64,000 bases of DNA. It comes from Syntrophales bacterium. Lineage in GTDB: Bacteria; Desulfobacterota; Syntrophia; Syntrophales; UBA2210. The stretch spans positions 1,504,001-1,568,000 of the forward strand of contig CAXXKT010000001.1 in NCBI GenBank assembly GCA_963662405.2. Reading direction: 5' to 3'. Positions 17,436 through 27,421 of the stretch are shown here, one piece after another. The stretch's first letter is position 1, and every line of letters starts with the position of its first letter. Both the position numbers and the translations under genes were made by a program. Under the pieces are notes generated by a model, which saw nothing but the letters and a program-made list of their open reading frames with translations, was not told the DNA's origin and did no database searches.

Positions 17436-18998
17436 TTGACCAACAGGAAGGATGAACATCCCGTGAACAGACGAACGACCCGCGACCCTGTCATCTTCAG
17501 ATTCACATCACGGGCAATAACGGCCCTGGCGGCACTGGTGCTGCTGATCTGCGCGGCTTCCCCGGCCCCGGCCTGGGAGATCGACACCACCCACAAATGG
17601 GCGTGGTCCGCCACGGCGGGGTGGGTCAACCATCGGGCCACACCGGCCCAGGCCGCCGTGTACGCCGATCACCTCGAAGGGTACGCCTGGGCGGAGAATA
17701 TCGGCTGGGTACGCCTGGGGACCCATACCGGGGGCGGCGCGCATACCTATCTGAACACCGCTGCAGACAACTACGGGGTGAACAGCGACAGTTCGGGGAA
17801 CCTCTCGGGCTTCGGGTGGTCCGCCAACGCCGGGTGGATCAGGTTCGACCCCACCCACGGCGGGGTCAGCGTCGATCCTGCCACGGGCGATTTCTCCGGG
17901 TATGCCTGGAGCGAAAACACCGGCTGGATCAGATTCGCCGGGACGGCCCAGGACAGCACGGCCTATAAGGTGCAGTACACCACCACACCGTCGCCGACAA
18001 CCTATACCGTCACCTACGACGGCAACGGAGCGGAGAGCGGCAGCGTCCCCGCTGATCCGAACAGCCCGTACGCCGGCGGCGATGAGGTCACCGTCCTCGG
18101 CAACACGGGCAGCCTGGCCCGGTCCGGTTTCGTCTTCGGCGGCTGGAACACCCAGGCCAGAGGGGACGGCGTCCAGTACGCATCCGGCGCAACCTTTGAC
18201 ATGCCGTCGTACGCCGTGACACTGTACGCCCAGTGGTCGTCTTCCGAAGTGACCATCTCCCCGACCCGGAGGACGCACGCACCGGACGCGGTTTCCAGGC
18301 AGGACATCACCGTCACCACCGGCATGGCCACTACCTGGACGGCATCGCCCGGCGCGGTCTGGATCACCATCATCGGCGGGGCATCGGGGACGGGGAGCGG
18401 CACGGTGACGTACGAGATCGATGCCAACACCGCGCCCAACCTGCCGCGCACAGAAACCATTTCCATTGCCGACAAGGTGTGTACCATCACCCAGGGCACC
18501 AGTCATTGGCAGATTTCGAACGGAACCGGAACGGGCTGCCAGGGCCAGGTCACGGGAGAGCCCTATTTCGTCGAGGTCGCATGCCAGGCCGCGCCGCAGC
18601 CCCGCCCCCCGGGCATGGTCTTCCCCTGGGGCCTTTTCGGTTTCCGGATCGTCAATGTCCCTTCCGGCGGCCAGGTCACGGTGACCTTTACCATGACATA
18701 CGATATCCCGGCCGGATCGGTCTTTTACCGGTACGATCCCGGAACGGAAACCTACACCCCATACGCCAATACAGGGGGTCTGGATGACGGCGACGACATA
18801 TTCACGGTGACCCTGACAGACGGCGGCGCGGGCGATCGGGACGGGGTCGTCAACGGCGAGATCCTCGACCCCGGAGGCGTGGGCATCCTCGCCACAGCCA
18901 TACCCACCCTGACCGAATGGGGGATGATCGTATTCGCCCTGCTGATCGCCGGAGCGGCGATCGTATCCGTGAAACGAAGAAGAGGTATGACGGGATAA
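17436..18998 (+). CDS. Cell-surface protein: InlB B-repeat, BACON-like and choice-of-anchor U domains, IPTL-CTERM sorting signal (true start may be GTG 17463)
   Basis: YTVTYDGNG...FGGWNT; LTDGGAGDRDGVVNGEILDPGG; AIPTLTEWGMIVFALL + TM + KRRR. Confidence 0.85.
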   Translation: MTNRKDEHPVNRRTTRDPVIFRFTSRAITALAALVLLICAASPAPAWEIDTTHKWAWSATAGWVNHRATPAQAAVYADHLEGYAWAENIGWVRLGTHTGGGAHTYLNTAADNYGVNSDSSGNLSGFGWSANAGWIRFDPTHGGVSVDPATGDFSGYAWSENTGWIRFAGTAQDSTAYKVQYTTTPSPTTYTVTYDGNGAESGSVPADPNSPYAGGDEVTVLGNTGSLARSGFVFGGWNTQARGDGVQYASGATFDMPSYAVTLYAQWSSSEVTISPTRRTHAPDAVSRQDITVTTGMATTWTASPGAVWITIIGGASGTGSGTVTYEIDANTAPNLPRTETISIADKVCTITQGTSHWQISNGTGTGCQGQVTGEPYFVEVACQAAPQPRPPGMVFPWGLFGFRIVNVPSGGQVTVTFTMTYDIPAGSVFYRYDPGTETYTPYANTGGLDDGDDIFTVTLTDGGAGDRDGVVNGEILDPGGVGILATAIPTLTEWGMIVFALLIAGAAIVSVKRRRGMTG

Positions 18999-19079
18999 CA
19001 ACCGCGCGGCAGATGGAATTGTTTCCACCTCTCTTTTGTGCACAAAATCATATAAACCAGACAACCAACTGATTACGAA

Positions 19080-19685
19080 TCAGACTGTCTTCAGGACCAT
19101 CTGATCCAGCGGCAGACGGGGACGCTGCGGGGGGAACTGCGCCGGGTAGCCAACGGGGAGGAGGGCGACGAGGATGGTGTCGTCGCCCAGTTCCAGTATC
19201 CCGCGCACCTTCTCCTTGTCGAACCGCCCGATCCAGCAGCTCCCCAGACCGAGATCGACGGCCCGCAGGACCAGGTGCTCGATCGCGATGGCCGCGTTCA
19301 TCGAGAGGTACGCCTCCGCGGCGAGGTCATCCATGGGTGCGGTGACATAGGCCTGCAGGTTGGCCGAATCCGCCTCAACATCGGTGAAGGCCCCGGTCTC
19401 CAGGAGTTCCCCCACGCGCCGGTTCCGCGTTGCCAGGGACGCCCGGTCGGCGCAGCAGACGAATATGACGGGAGCCCGGGTGATGAACTTGTAGGGGGTG
19501 CTGGTCCCCAGCCGCTCCCGCATGGCAGGGTCTTTCACGACGACAAAGCGCGCCGGCTGGATATTGGACCCCGACGGGGCCAGGCGGGCCGCGGTGAGGA
19601 GCTGTTCGATCATCTCGTCGGTGATCTGGTCTTCTTTGAATTTCCGTATACTGCGCCGCCGTTCGATAGTCTGTGTGAATTCCAT
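19080..19685 (-). CDS. Nitroreductase family protein
   Basis: RRSIRKF, APSGSNIQP, GLGSCWIG. Confidence 0.92.
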   Translation of the reverse strand: MEFTQTIERRRSIRKFKEDQITDEMIEQLLTAARLAPSGSNIQPARFVVVKDPAMRERLGTSTPYKFITRAPVIFVCCADRASLATRNRRVGELLETGAFTDVEADSANLQAYVTAPMDDLAAEAYLSMNAAIAIEHLVLRAVDLGLGSCWIGRFDKEKVRGILELGDDTILVALLPVGYPAQFPPQRPRLPLDQMVLKTV

Positions 19686-19739
19686 CTGATACCTTTTTCT
19701 GGTCTATGGGGGACGGCGAGGCCGTCCCCCTCATGGTTT

Positions 19740-21188
19740 CTAGAAGCTGCCCGGGGGCAGGATCCCCGCCGCCACCTTCGCCATCGTCTCGTATTGTTTC
19801 AGAGGGGACTCGGCCAGGATCATCATCTTCTGCGCCGCCATCGAGCCCTCGGCGTGGACCGTTGTCACTTCGTGGAAGGCCGACTCGTGCGAACAGACGT
19901 GCCGCATCGTCTCGTGGATCATCTGCATCCGCTCCAGGGTGCTGTACTTCTCGGACCCGCCCAGATAGTGATCGAGGTAGTCGTGGATATCGGGATTGTC
20001 CCAGTCTCTCTTGTCCGGCGTGGTCGCGATGATCCCCCCGGCTATATCCTGTATCAGCTCGACGAATGCGTGGTACTTGCTGGCGAAATGGAGCTTTGCC
20101 ATATTCGCGATCAGGGGATTAGGGACGGCAATGTCGCCGTACATGACGGGATTCTGGGCCGCCGCGTTGGTCAGGGCGCGCAGCGTTTCCACATAGGCGG
20201 CGATGTCCGCCAGCTTGTCCCGTATGTGCCCCACCTTGTCCAGCCCGTTATAATTGGCCATGGCGACGGCGCAGCCGGCCATCACCTCCACCGAGGGGAC
20301 CTTGTAACTGATCGCCGTGAAGCGGTGGAAGGTCGCGAAGGTGTAGGCGATCAGCATGGAGAACTGCCATTCGCCGCACATGAAGACCCGCTCCCACGGA
20401 ACGAAGACGTTGTCGAAGACGATCATCGCCTCCGTCAGTTCTCTGACCGGCCTGTCGGGATGAAACTCCCGATCCGACCAGGCCCCCCGCCCGCCGCGGC
20501 AGATGAAGGTGACCCCCTCCGTGTTGGCCGGTATGGCAAAGCTGACTGCGTATTCCGCCTCGTTTTCCCGCATCTGCCGGGTCGGTACGACGACGATCTC
20601 GTTTGCCGCCGGGGCGCTGGTGATGTGGATCTTTGCTCCCTTGACGATGATACCGTCCTTGTTCTTATCGACCACGTGGAGATAGTAGTCGGGGTGTTTC
20701 TGCTTGGCCGGTTCTTTTCCCCTGTCCCCCTTGACGCAGGACACGGCGCCGCAGGTATGCAGGTCGTTCTTCCGCAGGTGCTCGAGGAAATTTTTCGCGT
20801 TGTCCTGATATTCCTTTTTGCCCATCTGACCGGCGACGACAAAGGCCGCGTTGAGACAGTCGGTTCCGATATCCTTCCCGAAGGGGAGGCTTCCGATGAG
20901 CTGGATGGATCGCTGGATCATCTTCGTCCGGTTCGCCAGGTCTTCCGTGCCGCCCGGCGTGATGAAGAGGCGGTTGATCGCTTCCCCCGTCTCGGGGTGG
21001 GGGGCCACGAAGAGGTTCTTCACCTCGGGGTCCTCCGACGCGGTCAGTCCGTACCCGGCCGCGATCGTGTCGCAGGTGATCCCCAGGATCGGATGTGTGG
21101 TGATGTCTTCCACCTTCTCGCCGCTGATGTAGACCCGTCGCCCGTCTCTCAAACTCTCCTTGTACTCTTCAACGCTTCGAATTCCCAT
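19740..21188 (-). CDS. 4-hydroxyphenylacetate 3-hydroxylase / 4-hydroxybutyryl-CoA dehydratase family flavoprotein
   Basis: YKESLRDGR.VY..GEKV.D...HP, KGAKIHIT, VFDNVFVPWERVF, HAEGS. Confidence 0.88.
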   Translation of the reverse strand: MGIRSVEEYKESLRDGRRVYISGEKVEDITTHPILGITCDTIAAGYGLTASEDPEVKNLFVAPHPETGEAINRLFITPGGTEDLANRTKMIQRSIQLIGSLPFGKDIGTDCLNAAFVVAGQMGKKEYQDNAKNFLEHLRKNDLHTCGAVSCVKGDRGKEPAKQKHPDYYLHVVDKNKDGIIVKGAKIHITSAPAANEIVVVPTRQMRENEAEYAVSFAIPANTEGVTFICRGGRGAWSDREFHPDRPVRELTEAMIVFDNVFVPWERVFMCGEWQFSMLIAYTFATFHRFTAISYKVPSVEVMAGCAVAMANYNGLDKVGHIRDKLADIAAYVETLRALTNAAAQNPVMYGDIAVPNPLIANMAKLHFASKYHAFVELIQDIAGGIIATTPDKRDWDNPDIHDYLDHYLGGSEKYSTLERMQMIHETMRHVCSHESAFHEVTTVHAEGSMAAQKMMILAESPLKQYETMAKVAAGILPPGSF

Positions 21189-21341
21189 GGGTTTCCCTCC
21201 TTGATATTGTAATCCCATTCACGATTATACGATGGGTTTTAAACGGACTTCCCCCCGGTGGGGTACGACACCACCTCCACCGCCAGCTATTTGACCACGT
21301 GCCGCCGCGACATGCAAATCATTTGCGTCTCACGGTCTGGA

Positions 21342-21893
21342 TTATCGCTCCGGTCCCCTCCACGGGAAGAACATCGGCGTCTTTGCCTTGTATTCGATGT
21401 ATTGGCGACCGAGGCGCATTGCGAGTTCCGGCTCCTCAATCACTTTCAGTTCAATGACATTGATCAGGATGAAGAGGGGGGTAAAGACGAACAAGAGCGA
21501 GGGAGATCGGAAGGCCAGGGCGAGGCCGAAGAGGGAGATGAAGAGGCCGCCGAGCATCGGGTTGCGGGTATAGGCATAGGGGCCGGAGGTGACCAGCTCG
21601 GGGGGCGGGTTGAAGGGAATGGGCGTCCCCTTGACCCGTAAAAAGTGGAGCACGGACCAGAAGGCCAGGAAGAGGCCAATGAAGATGATCGGGATCGACA
21701 GGACGGCGCTGACCGAAAGAGGAAAAAGGTCGGGAAGGCCCAGCAGGCGATCTGTCGGGAATGACAGGATGACGAAGAGTGACGCGAACAGGAAGTAGGA
21801 GAGGGCGACGATCGGTGTAATGAGGAGACGGACCTTTCTGCTCCCCGTCGCCGTCCGGTATATGAGATGTATCCACCTTTTTTTCAAACTCAC
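21342..21893 (-). CDS. Isoprenylcysteine carboxylmethyltransferase / PEMT family membrane protein
   Basis: GTPIP..PP.LVTSGPYAYTRNPM, EEPEL..RLG..Y..Y. Confidence 0.85.
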   Translation of the reverse strand: MSLKKRWIHLIYRTATGSRKVRLLITPIVALSYFLFASLFVILSFPTDRLLGLPDLFPLSVSAVLSIPIIFIGLFLAFWSVLHFLRVKGTPIPFNPPPELVTSGPYAYTRNPMLGGLFISLFGLALAFRSPSLLFVFTPLFILINVIELKVIEEPELAMRLGRQYIEYKAKTPMFFPWRGPER

Positions 21894-21942
21894 AGCAGCC
21901 TCCGTGTGTCAGGGAAAACAGCTGGAAACGGTCGGAAACGCT

Positions 21943-22290
21943 TTATACGCAGCGAGGTTCGTTTTCCCTCGGCAGATAATCATCCCGCACCGGTGAGAAG
22001 ACCTCGACGGCCACGGAGTCTTCGAGGATCGCGGCACCATGTTCGATACCGCTCCCGACGCACCAACTGTCGCCGGGGAAGGCGTCGTGTTCATCAGTCC
22101 CGATGGAAAGACGGATCCGACCGCTCACGAGATACCCGGTCTGCTCGTGGGGATGGGCGTGCCGGGGTAGGACACTTCCCTTTTTGAGGAGGAATTCGGT
22201 CATCAGGGTCCGTTCTCCGTATACCGTCGTCTTCATCTCGATCCCCTCGATGGCGGGGATGTACCCGTCTTTACTGCTTTTCTGAAACAT
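21943..22290 (-). CDS. Cupin domain protein
   Basis: PRHAHPHEQTGY...H...EVFSPVRDDY. Confidence 0.88.
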   Translation of the reverse strand: MFQKSSKDGYIPAIEGIEMKTTVYGERTLMTEFLLKKGSVLPRHAHPHEQTGYLVSGRIRLSIGTDEHDAFPGDSWCVGSGIEHGAAILEDSVAVEVFSPVRDDYLPRENEPRCV

Positions 22291-22320
22291 GTTCACATTC
22301 CTTTCTCTCCGTGGCAACAG

Positions 22321-22932
22321 TCAAAGGTCCGCATCAACACTCCATGCACGGGCAATGGGAGGATTCCGCCGAAAGAAATCTCTCCGGACCGCCGCGCTCA
22401 CCGTATTGAGGGGGCAGGCGAAATTGATGCACTGGGAGCAGAGGTATCGCTTCAGAGTCATGAAGAATCCTGCGGTGGCGGAGAGGTACACGATCAGCAG
22501 GAACCACGGTGAGCCCGGAATCAGGAAGAAGAGCGGAAATCCCCACACGACGGCGAGACCGCCAATAAAAACTGTTTTTTCTATCAGGTTCATCGACCCC
22601 GGGTGGTATCGCCACACCTTGGGGGAACCATAGTTCGCCCAGCACTTCAGAGAGTACCCCTCCTCGGCGTAGTGGGGACAGTGGGTGCAGAGGACCCGGA
22701 TCTCGATAAATCCAAAGAACCCGACGATGACGGCGATCCACAGGACGAGCATCCACCCGTTTGCATGGTAGATCCCGGCCCCTCCCGCCAGAAAAGAGGG
22801 GAGGGCGGTCAGGATGAAGTGGGTAAGGTCCCCGGGGGTGAAGTGGCGGTGGAGCGTTGTTTCGACCGGGCATCCGTCACACCCTTTGGAAGCACACGAG
22901 GCAATTGGTTTTCTGGGATCGAGAAACAGCAT
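22321..22932 (-). CDS. Cys-rich integral membrane protein of unknown function
   Basis: Four hydrophobic helices; CTHCPHY and CSQCINFACPLN motifs. Confidence 0.65.
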   Translation of the reverse strand: MLFLDPRKPIASCASKGCDGCPVETTLHRHFTPGDLTHFILTALPSFLAGGAGIYHANGWMLVLWIAVIVGFFGFIEIRVLCTHCPHYAEEGYSLKCWANYGSPKVWRYHPGSMNLIEKTVFIGGLAVVWGFPLFFLIPGSPWFLLIVYLSATAGFFMTLKRYLCSQCINFACPLNTVSAAVRRDFFRRNPPIARAWSVDADL

Positions 22933-22950
22933 GATAACACCTCGATACAA

Positions 22951-23752
22951 TCAGCCCATGACGGCGCCGCCGTCGACGTTGATCGCCTGCCCCGTGATGT
23001 TCTGTGCCTCCTCAGAAGCGAGATAGGCGGTGAGGCTTGCAATATCCTCGGCGGTCTGGGGGCTGCCCCAGCGGGGTGAGGGGCCGTACCCGCTCCTCGA
23101 AGATCTCCTCGAGTTCCTTGCCCGCCATGGCGGAGAGGTTGTCCTTCATCATTTGGGCGAGTTCCTGCCATCCGGGGGTATAGACGTAACCGGGGCAGAC
23201 GGCGTTCACCGTAATGGTGTATCGTCCCAATTCCTTGGCCAGGACCTGCGTCAGGCCGAGGACGGCAAACTTGCCCGCGCTGTACGCGCCGATCATGGAT
23301 TCACCGACCTTTCCCGATATGGAGGCGATGTTGATGATCCGTCCCTCTCTTTTCTTCATCATCTCTCGGGCGACGGCCCGGGAGCAGAGAAAGGCACTCT
23401 TCAGGTTGAGTTCAATCGTCCGGTCCCAATCCTGTGTGGAAAACTTGGTGATGAATGTGGATCCGCCGCCTCCGCCCACGTTGTTCACCAGGATATCCAC
23501 CGTTCCGTAAGCCTTCAGGGTTTCAGCGATCATCCGGTCGACATCCTCCTCTTTCGTCGCGTCCACCCGGAGGGCCATCCCATTTTTCTCACCGTCGGTG
23601 ATCTCGACGACGACTGCCCGGGCGTTTTCCTCATTGAGATCCGTTGCCACAACGATAGCCCCTTCATCGGCAAGACGCAGGGCAATAGCCTTTCCAATTC
23701 CGCTTCCAGCGCCGGTGACGACGGCTACCTTGTCTCTGATTCGCAGGTCCAT
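22951..23752 (-). pseudogene. SDR oxidoreductase, frameshifted near the C-terminus
   Basis: TGAGSGIG and YSAGK motifs. The canonical end QTAEDIASLTAYLASEEAQNITGQAINVDGGAVMG* lies in another frame after a C5 run (23058-23062). Confidence 0.8.
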
Positions 23753-23767
23753 TCTCTCTCCTCTATC

Positions 23768-25684
23768 TCATATCTCGAGCCCGGCCCGGTACCCCTCGGC
23801 GACCGCCTCCAGGGCCTTGCGTACCCCCGCAGCGTCGCCGATGGTGATTATCCGGCCTGCCTTCTCTTCGATCTTTGATTGGAATCCGCTCCGGGGTTTC
23901 AGGCCCGCGGCACGCACCACCGTGTCGAAGGGGCCGATCGTCTCTCGTCTCCCGCCCTGCTCGATGATCAGACCCTCGTCCGCAATCGCGATGACCGTGG
24001 CCTTGACATAGATCGTAACCCCCTGATCGGCAAGCCCCTTGAGGAGAAAGGAGCGGGTATGATCCTCTTCATCCTGTGCCACGGCCGGGAGCATCTCCAC
24101 GATGGTCACCTCCTTGCCGTGATGGGCAAGGTGGTACGCCGTCTCCGCGCCGATCATCCCCCCACCGATAACGGCGACCCGCGGTCCGGCGGTGACGTTT
24201 CCGGCCAGGATATCGTGTGCGGTGACGGCAAGCGCCGATCCCGGGACACTGAGAGACAGGGGGACACTCCCCGTGGCAACCACGACGACGTCCGGACCCT
24301 CGCGGCTCACAACCTCCCCGGTTAACTCCGTATCTAGATGAACGGTGACACCGCTCTCGGCAAGCTGCCTTGCGAGCCACTCAATGAAGGCCGCTATTTC
24401 TCCCTTGGCGGGGGGGACGGCAGCCAGGGTGAACTGTCCACCCAGCCGCCCTTCCTTCTCGAAGAGATGGACCTCGTGCCCCCGTTTGGCGGCCGCCATC
24501 GCCGCCTCCATCCCTGCGGGACCCGCCCCGGCAATAAATACCTTTTTTCTCGTCTTCGCGGGGTCTATCCGCAGTTCCTCTTCTTTCCCCAGCGTCGGAT
24601 TGACCAGGCAGGTCGCGGGTTGATGGCGGGATATCATCCCCGTGCAGCCCTGCATGCAGCCGATGCAGTGATTGATCTCGTCGAACCTCCCGGCGGCGGT
24701 CTTGTTCGGCAGATCCGGATCGGCGAGAGAGGCCCTCCCCATGGCCACCAGATCGGCCGTCCCGCCGGCGACGATTGTCTCTGCCAGGAGGGGATCGGTG
24801 ATCCTCCCCACGGTGATGATCGGAATACCGACGACCTTCTTTACCTCCCGCGCATAGCCGGTAATCCACCCGTGCGTGACGGCGGCCGGGGGCGTAATCG
24901 CGTACCCGCTCCCGTAGGTCCCGGCCGAGATGTGGACGGCGTCGATCCCATTTCTCTCCAGGATCCGTACGACAGTCTTGGTCTCTTCAATCGTCCTCCC
25001 TCCGGGGACCAGCTCATCACCCGATATCCTGAAGATCACGGGGAAATCACTCCCCACTTTCGATCGAATATCCGCCAGGACCTCCAGGGGAAACCGCAGC
25101 CGGTTCAGGAGAGAGCCGCCGTACCCGTCGGTTCGTTTGTTGGCATGAAGGGACATGAACTGGGCGATCAGATACCCGTGGGCACCATGGACCTCGATCC
25201 CGTCAAATCCGGCCCTCTGCGCCCGCAGGGCACACGCTCCGAACGCCTGCACGATCTCTTTGATCTCGGAGATTGTCAGGGCGCGGGGCATCTTACCGAT
25301 ACTCGGGCAGGGGATCGGCGAGGGGGCCACGGGTTGGGAGCCCGTGACACGCCTGGTGGTCTGGCGCCCGGAGTGGTAGATCTGGGCGAAGATAATCCCC
25401 CCCGCATCGTGGACCCTCCGGGTCAGCTCCGCGTGACCCGCGATCTGGCTGTCGTCCCACAGGCCCGGTATATTGGGAAAGCCCTTTCCTTCAGGGACCA
25501 CGGCGTAGTCTTCGGTGATGATCAGTCCCCATCCCCCGCGGGCCTTTGTCTCATGGTAGGCGATGTACCGCTCCGTCGCCGTCCCATCGGCATTGCAGTA
25601 GTTCATCACCATCGCCGGCACTACCAGCCGGTTGGGGATCTCAATTGATCCGATCCTGACAGGGGAAAAGAGCGTCTCTACCAT
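23768..25684 (-). CDS. NADH:flavin oxidoreductase (OYE + FeS + FAD; 2,4-dienoyl-CoA reductase/BaiH-like)
   Basis: EVHGAHGYL, NKRTDGYGG, CIGCMQGC, GAGPAG. Confidence 0.92.
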   Translation of the reverse strand: MVETLFSPVRIGSIEIPNRLVVPAMVMNYCNADGTATERYIAYHETKARGGWGLIITEDYAVVPEGKGFPNIPGLWDDSQIAGHAELTRRVHDAGGIIFAQIYHSGRQTTRRVTGSQPVAPSPIPCPSIGKMPRALTISEIKEIVQAFGACALRAQRAGFDGIEVHGAHGYLIAQFMSLHANKRTDGYGGSLLNRLRFPLEVLADIRSKVGSDFPVIFRISGDELVPGGRTIEETKTVVRILERNGIDAVHISAGTYGSGYAITPPAAVTHGWITGYAREVKKVVGIPIITVGRITDPLLAETIVAGGTADLVAMGRASLADPDLPNKTAAGRFDEINHCIGCMQGCTGMISRHQPATCLVNPTLGKEEELRIDPAKTRKKVFIAGAGPAGMEAAMAAAKRGHEVHLFEKEGRLGGQFTLAAVPPAKGEIAAFIEWLARQLAESGVTVHLDTELTGEVVSREGPDVVVVATGSVPLSLSVPGSALAVTAHDILAGNVTAGPRVAVIGGGMIGAETAYHLAHHGKEVTIVEMLPAVAQDEEDHTRSFLLKGLADQGVTIYVKATVIAIADEGLIIEQGGRRETIGPFDTVVRAAGLKPRSGFQSKIEEKAGRIITIGDAAGVRKALEAVAEGYRAGLEI

Positions 25685-25773
25685 ACCACCTCCTTGGCTG
25701 CGTAAGATTGGACCGGCGATTCGGCAGAGCGGTGAAAAGAAGTGCCGATATTCTCTGTTTGCCCGGCCATGGG

Positions 25774-26367
25774 TTATCCCAGCCGGGCGTTGACAAACTC
25801 CCAGTTGACGAGGTGTCCCATGAAGGCATTGAGATAGTCGCCCCGTGCGTTCTGATAGTCGAGATAATAGGCGTGCTCCCAGACGTCAACCGTCAGGAGG
25901 GGGGTGATTCCATGGGCGATGGGGGTGTCGGCGTTCGCCGTCTTCATGATCTCAAGCCTGCCCTCGCGCATGACCAGCCACGCCCAGCCGCTCCCGAACT
26001 GGGTGAGTCCGGCGCTCTTCAATTCCTTTACGAAGGTTGTGTAGGCCCCGAAGGCACCTTCGATCTTCTCTCCCACGGCATCCGTGGGGGGACCACCGCC
26101 ACCGGGCTTCATACAGTGCCAGTAAAAGGTATGGTTCCAGGCCTGGGCCGCGTTGTTGAAGATACCGGCCCTGGCGGGGTCGCCTGCGGTCTTCGTGATG
26201 ATATCCTCCAGCCCCATACCGGCCAGGTCCGTGTTCTCGATCAGGTTGTTCAGATTCGTCACATAGGCGTTGTGATGCTTTCCGTGATGAAACTCCAGCG
26301 TCTTCGAACTGATGTACGGTTCGAGGGCATCCTTTCCGTACGGAAGATCGGGCAGGGTAACGGCCAT
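25774..26367 (-). CDS. sodB: Fe superoxide dismutase
   Basis: HHGKHH, NNAAQAWNH, FGSGWAW, DVWEHAYY. Confidence 0.93.
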   Translation of the reverse strand: MAVTLPDLPYGKDALEPYISSKTLEFHHGKHHNAYVTNLNNLIENTDLAGMGLEDIITKTAGDPARAGIFNNAAQAWNHTFYWHCMKPGGGGPPTDAVGEKIEGAFGAYTTFVKELKSAGLTQFGSGWAWLVMREGRLEIMKTANADTPIAHGITPLLTVDVWEHAYYLDYQNARGDYLNAFMGHLVNWEFVNARLG

Positions 26368-26438
26368 AGGTCCTCTCCTTTCTGGTGGTAAGAATGGCAG
26401 GCCAAACGGTCGGGACCGCATACCCCCTACCCGGTCCG

Positions 26439-27371
26439 TCAGGCGGCCGGACAGGTTTCCGCAAGCAGTCTCACGCCGTTTGTGTACAATACCTTATCAT
26501 AAAAATCATCCGAAAGATCAAGGCTTAAAAGATGGTCGATCTCTTCCTCCCGGGGGAGTATCACATTGGGAAAATCCGACCCGTAGAGGATGCGAGATTT
26601 ATGTCGCTCCAGATATTCCGGTCCGAGGTTGAAGGTGAAGGGGAGTCCGGGCCAGAAACTGTAGGCGGTGTCGAGGTAGATCCCGGGATGATCGTCCAGG
26701 AGGTCCATGAACTGTCTGAACTCGAGCCCTCCCATATGAGGGACGGTGGCGGGGAGGTCCGGGAACCGATCGAGGACCTTCCTGAAGTGGACGAGCCCCA
26801 CGAATTCATTCCCCTGCGGGCCATTCCCGACGTGGAGGAGGAGGCGTTTTTTCTTTTCCATGATCAGCTCATAGAGGGGGAAAAGCCGCCGATCGTGGGG
26901 ATACAGCCGCTGGACCTGGAAGTGTATCTTGATCCCGACGACACGGGGATGAGCCACCATCCGTTCGGCGTACGCGAGGGCGTTGCCGTCGTCGGGATGA
27001 TAAGGGGCGAAACAGTACAGATCGGGGAATTGTTCGAGGAGTTCGATATTCCATTCGTTCATCGGTTCCGCGACACCTTTTCTGTGGGCATAGTTGGAAA
27101 AGACGATGGGGGAGACGCCGCGCTCGTGGAGGTACTCGATGCACTCCCCGCTGTAGTATCGGTGGAGGACCTCCGTCCCCGCCGCAGCGAAGAATGACCA
27201 GATGGCGTCAAACCCCCTATCCGGAAAGAGATGGACATGAAAATCCACAATTCTGGAAGGGAGTGAGGCTCTGAACTCTTTCGTCACGGCGCTCGCCGGG
27301 CGACCTTTTGCCCATCCCCTGATCGCCGCACGGAACGTCTCATCTGTATCGCTCAATCCCAGCACCCACAT
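26439..27371 (-). CDS. Amidohydrolase family protein
   Basis: DFHVH, GIKIH, PHMG, YGSDFP. Confidence 0.85.
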   Translation of the reverse strand: MWVLGLSDTDETFRAAIRGWAKGRPASAVTKEFRASLPSRIVDFHVHLFPDRGFDAIWSFFAAAGTEVLHRYYSGECIEYLHERGVSPIVFSNYAHRKGVAEPMNEWNIELLEQFPDLYCFAPYHPDDGNALAYAERMVAHPRVVGIKIHFQVQRLYPHDRRLFPLYELIMEKKKRLLLHVGNGPQGNEFVGLVHFRKVLDRFPDLPATVPHMGGLEFRQFMDLLDDHPGIYLDTAYSFWPGLPFTFNLGPEYLERHKSRILYGSDFPNVILPREEEIDHLLSLDLSDDFYDKVLYTNGVRLLAETCPAA

Positions 27372-27421
27372 TCAGCAGACGGAAACGACACGACAGGGAA
27401 GCGTGTCCTCTGCCGCGCGAT

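Noticed and set aside
19275..21212. 645-aa plus-strand ORF (similarly 17508-19064, 24338-25648, 48903-50720, 61531-62577)
   Set aside because: Antisense shadows of well-supported genes in GC-rich DNA.
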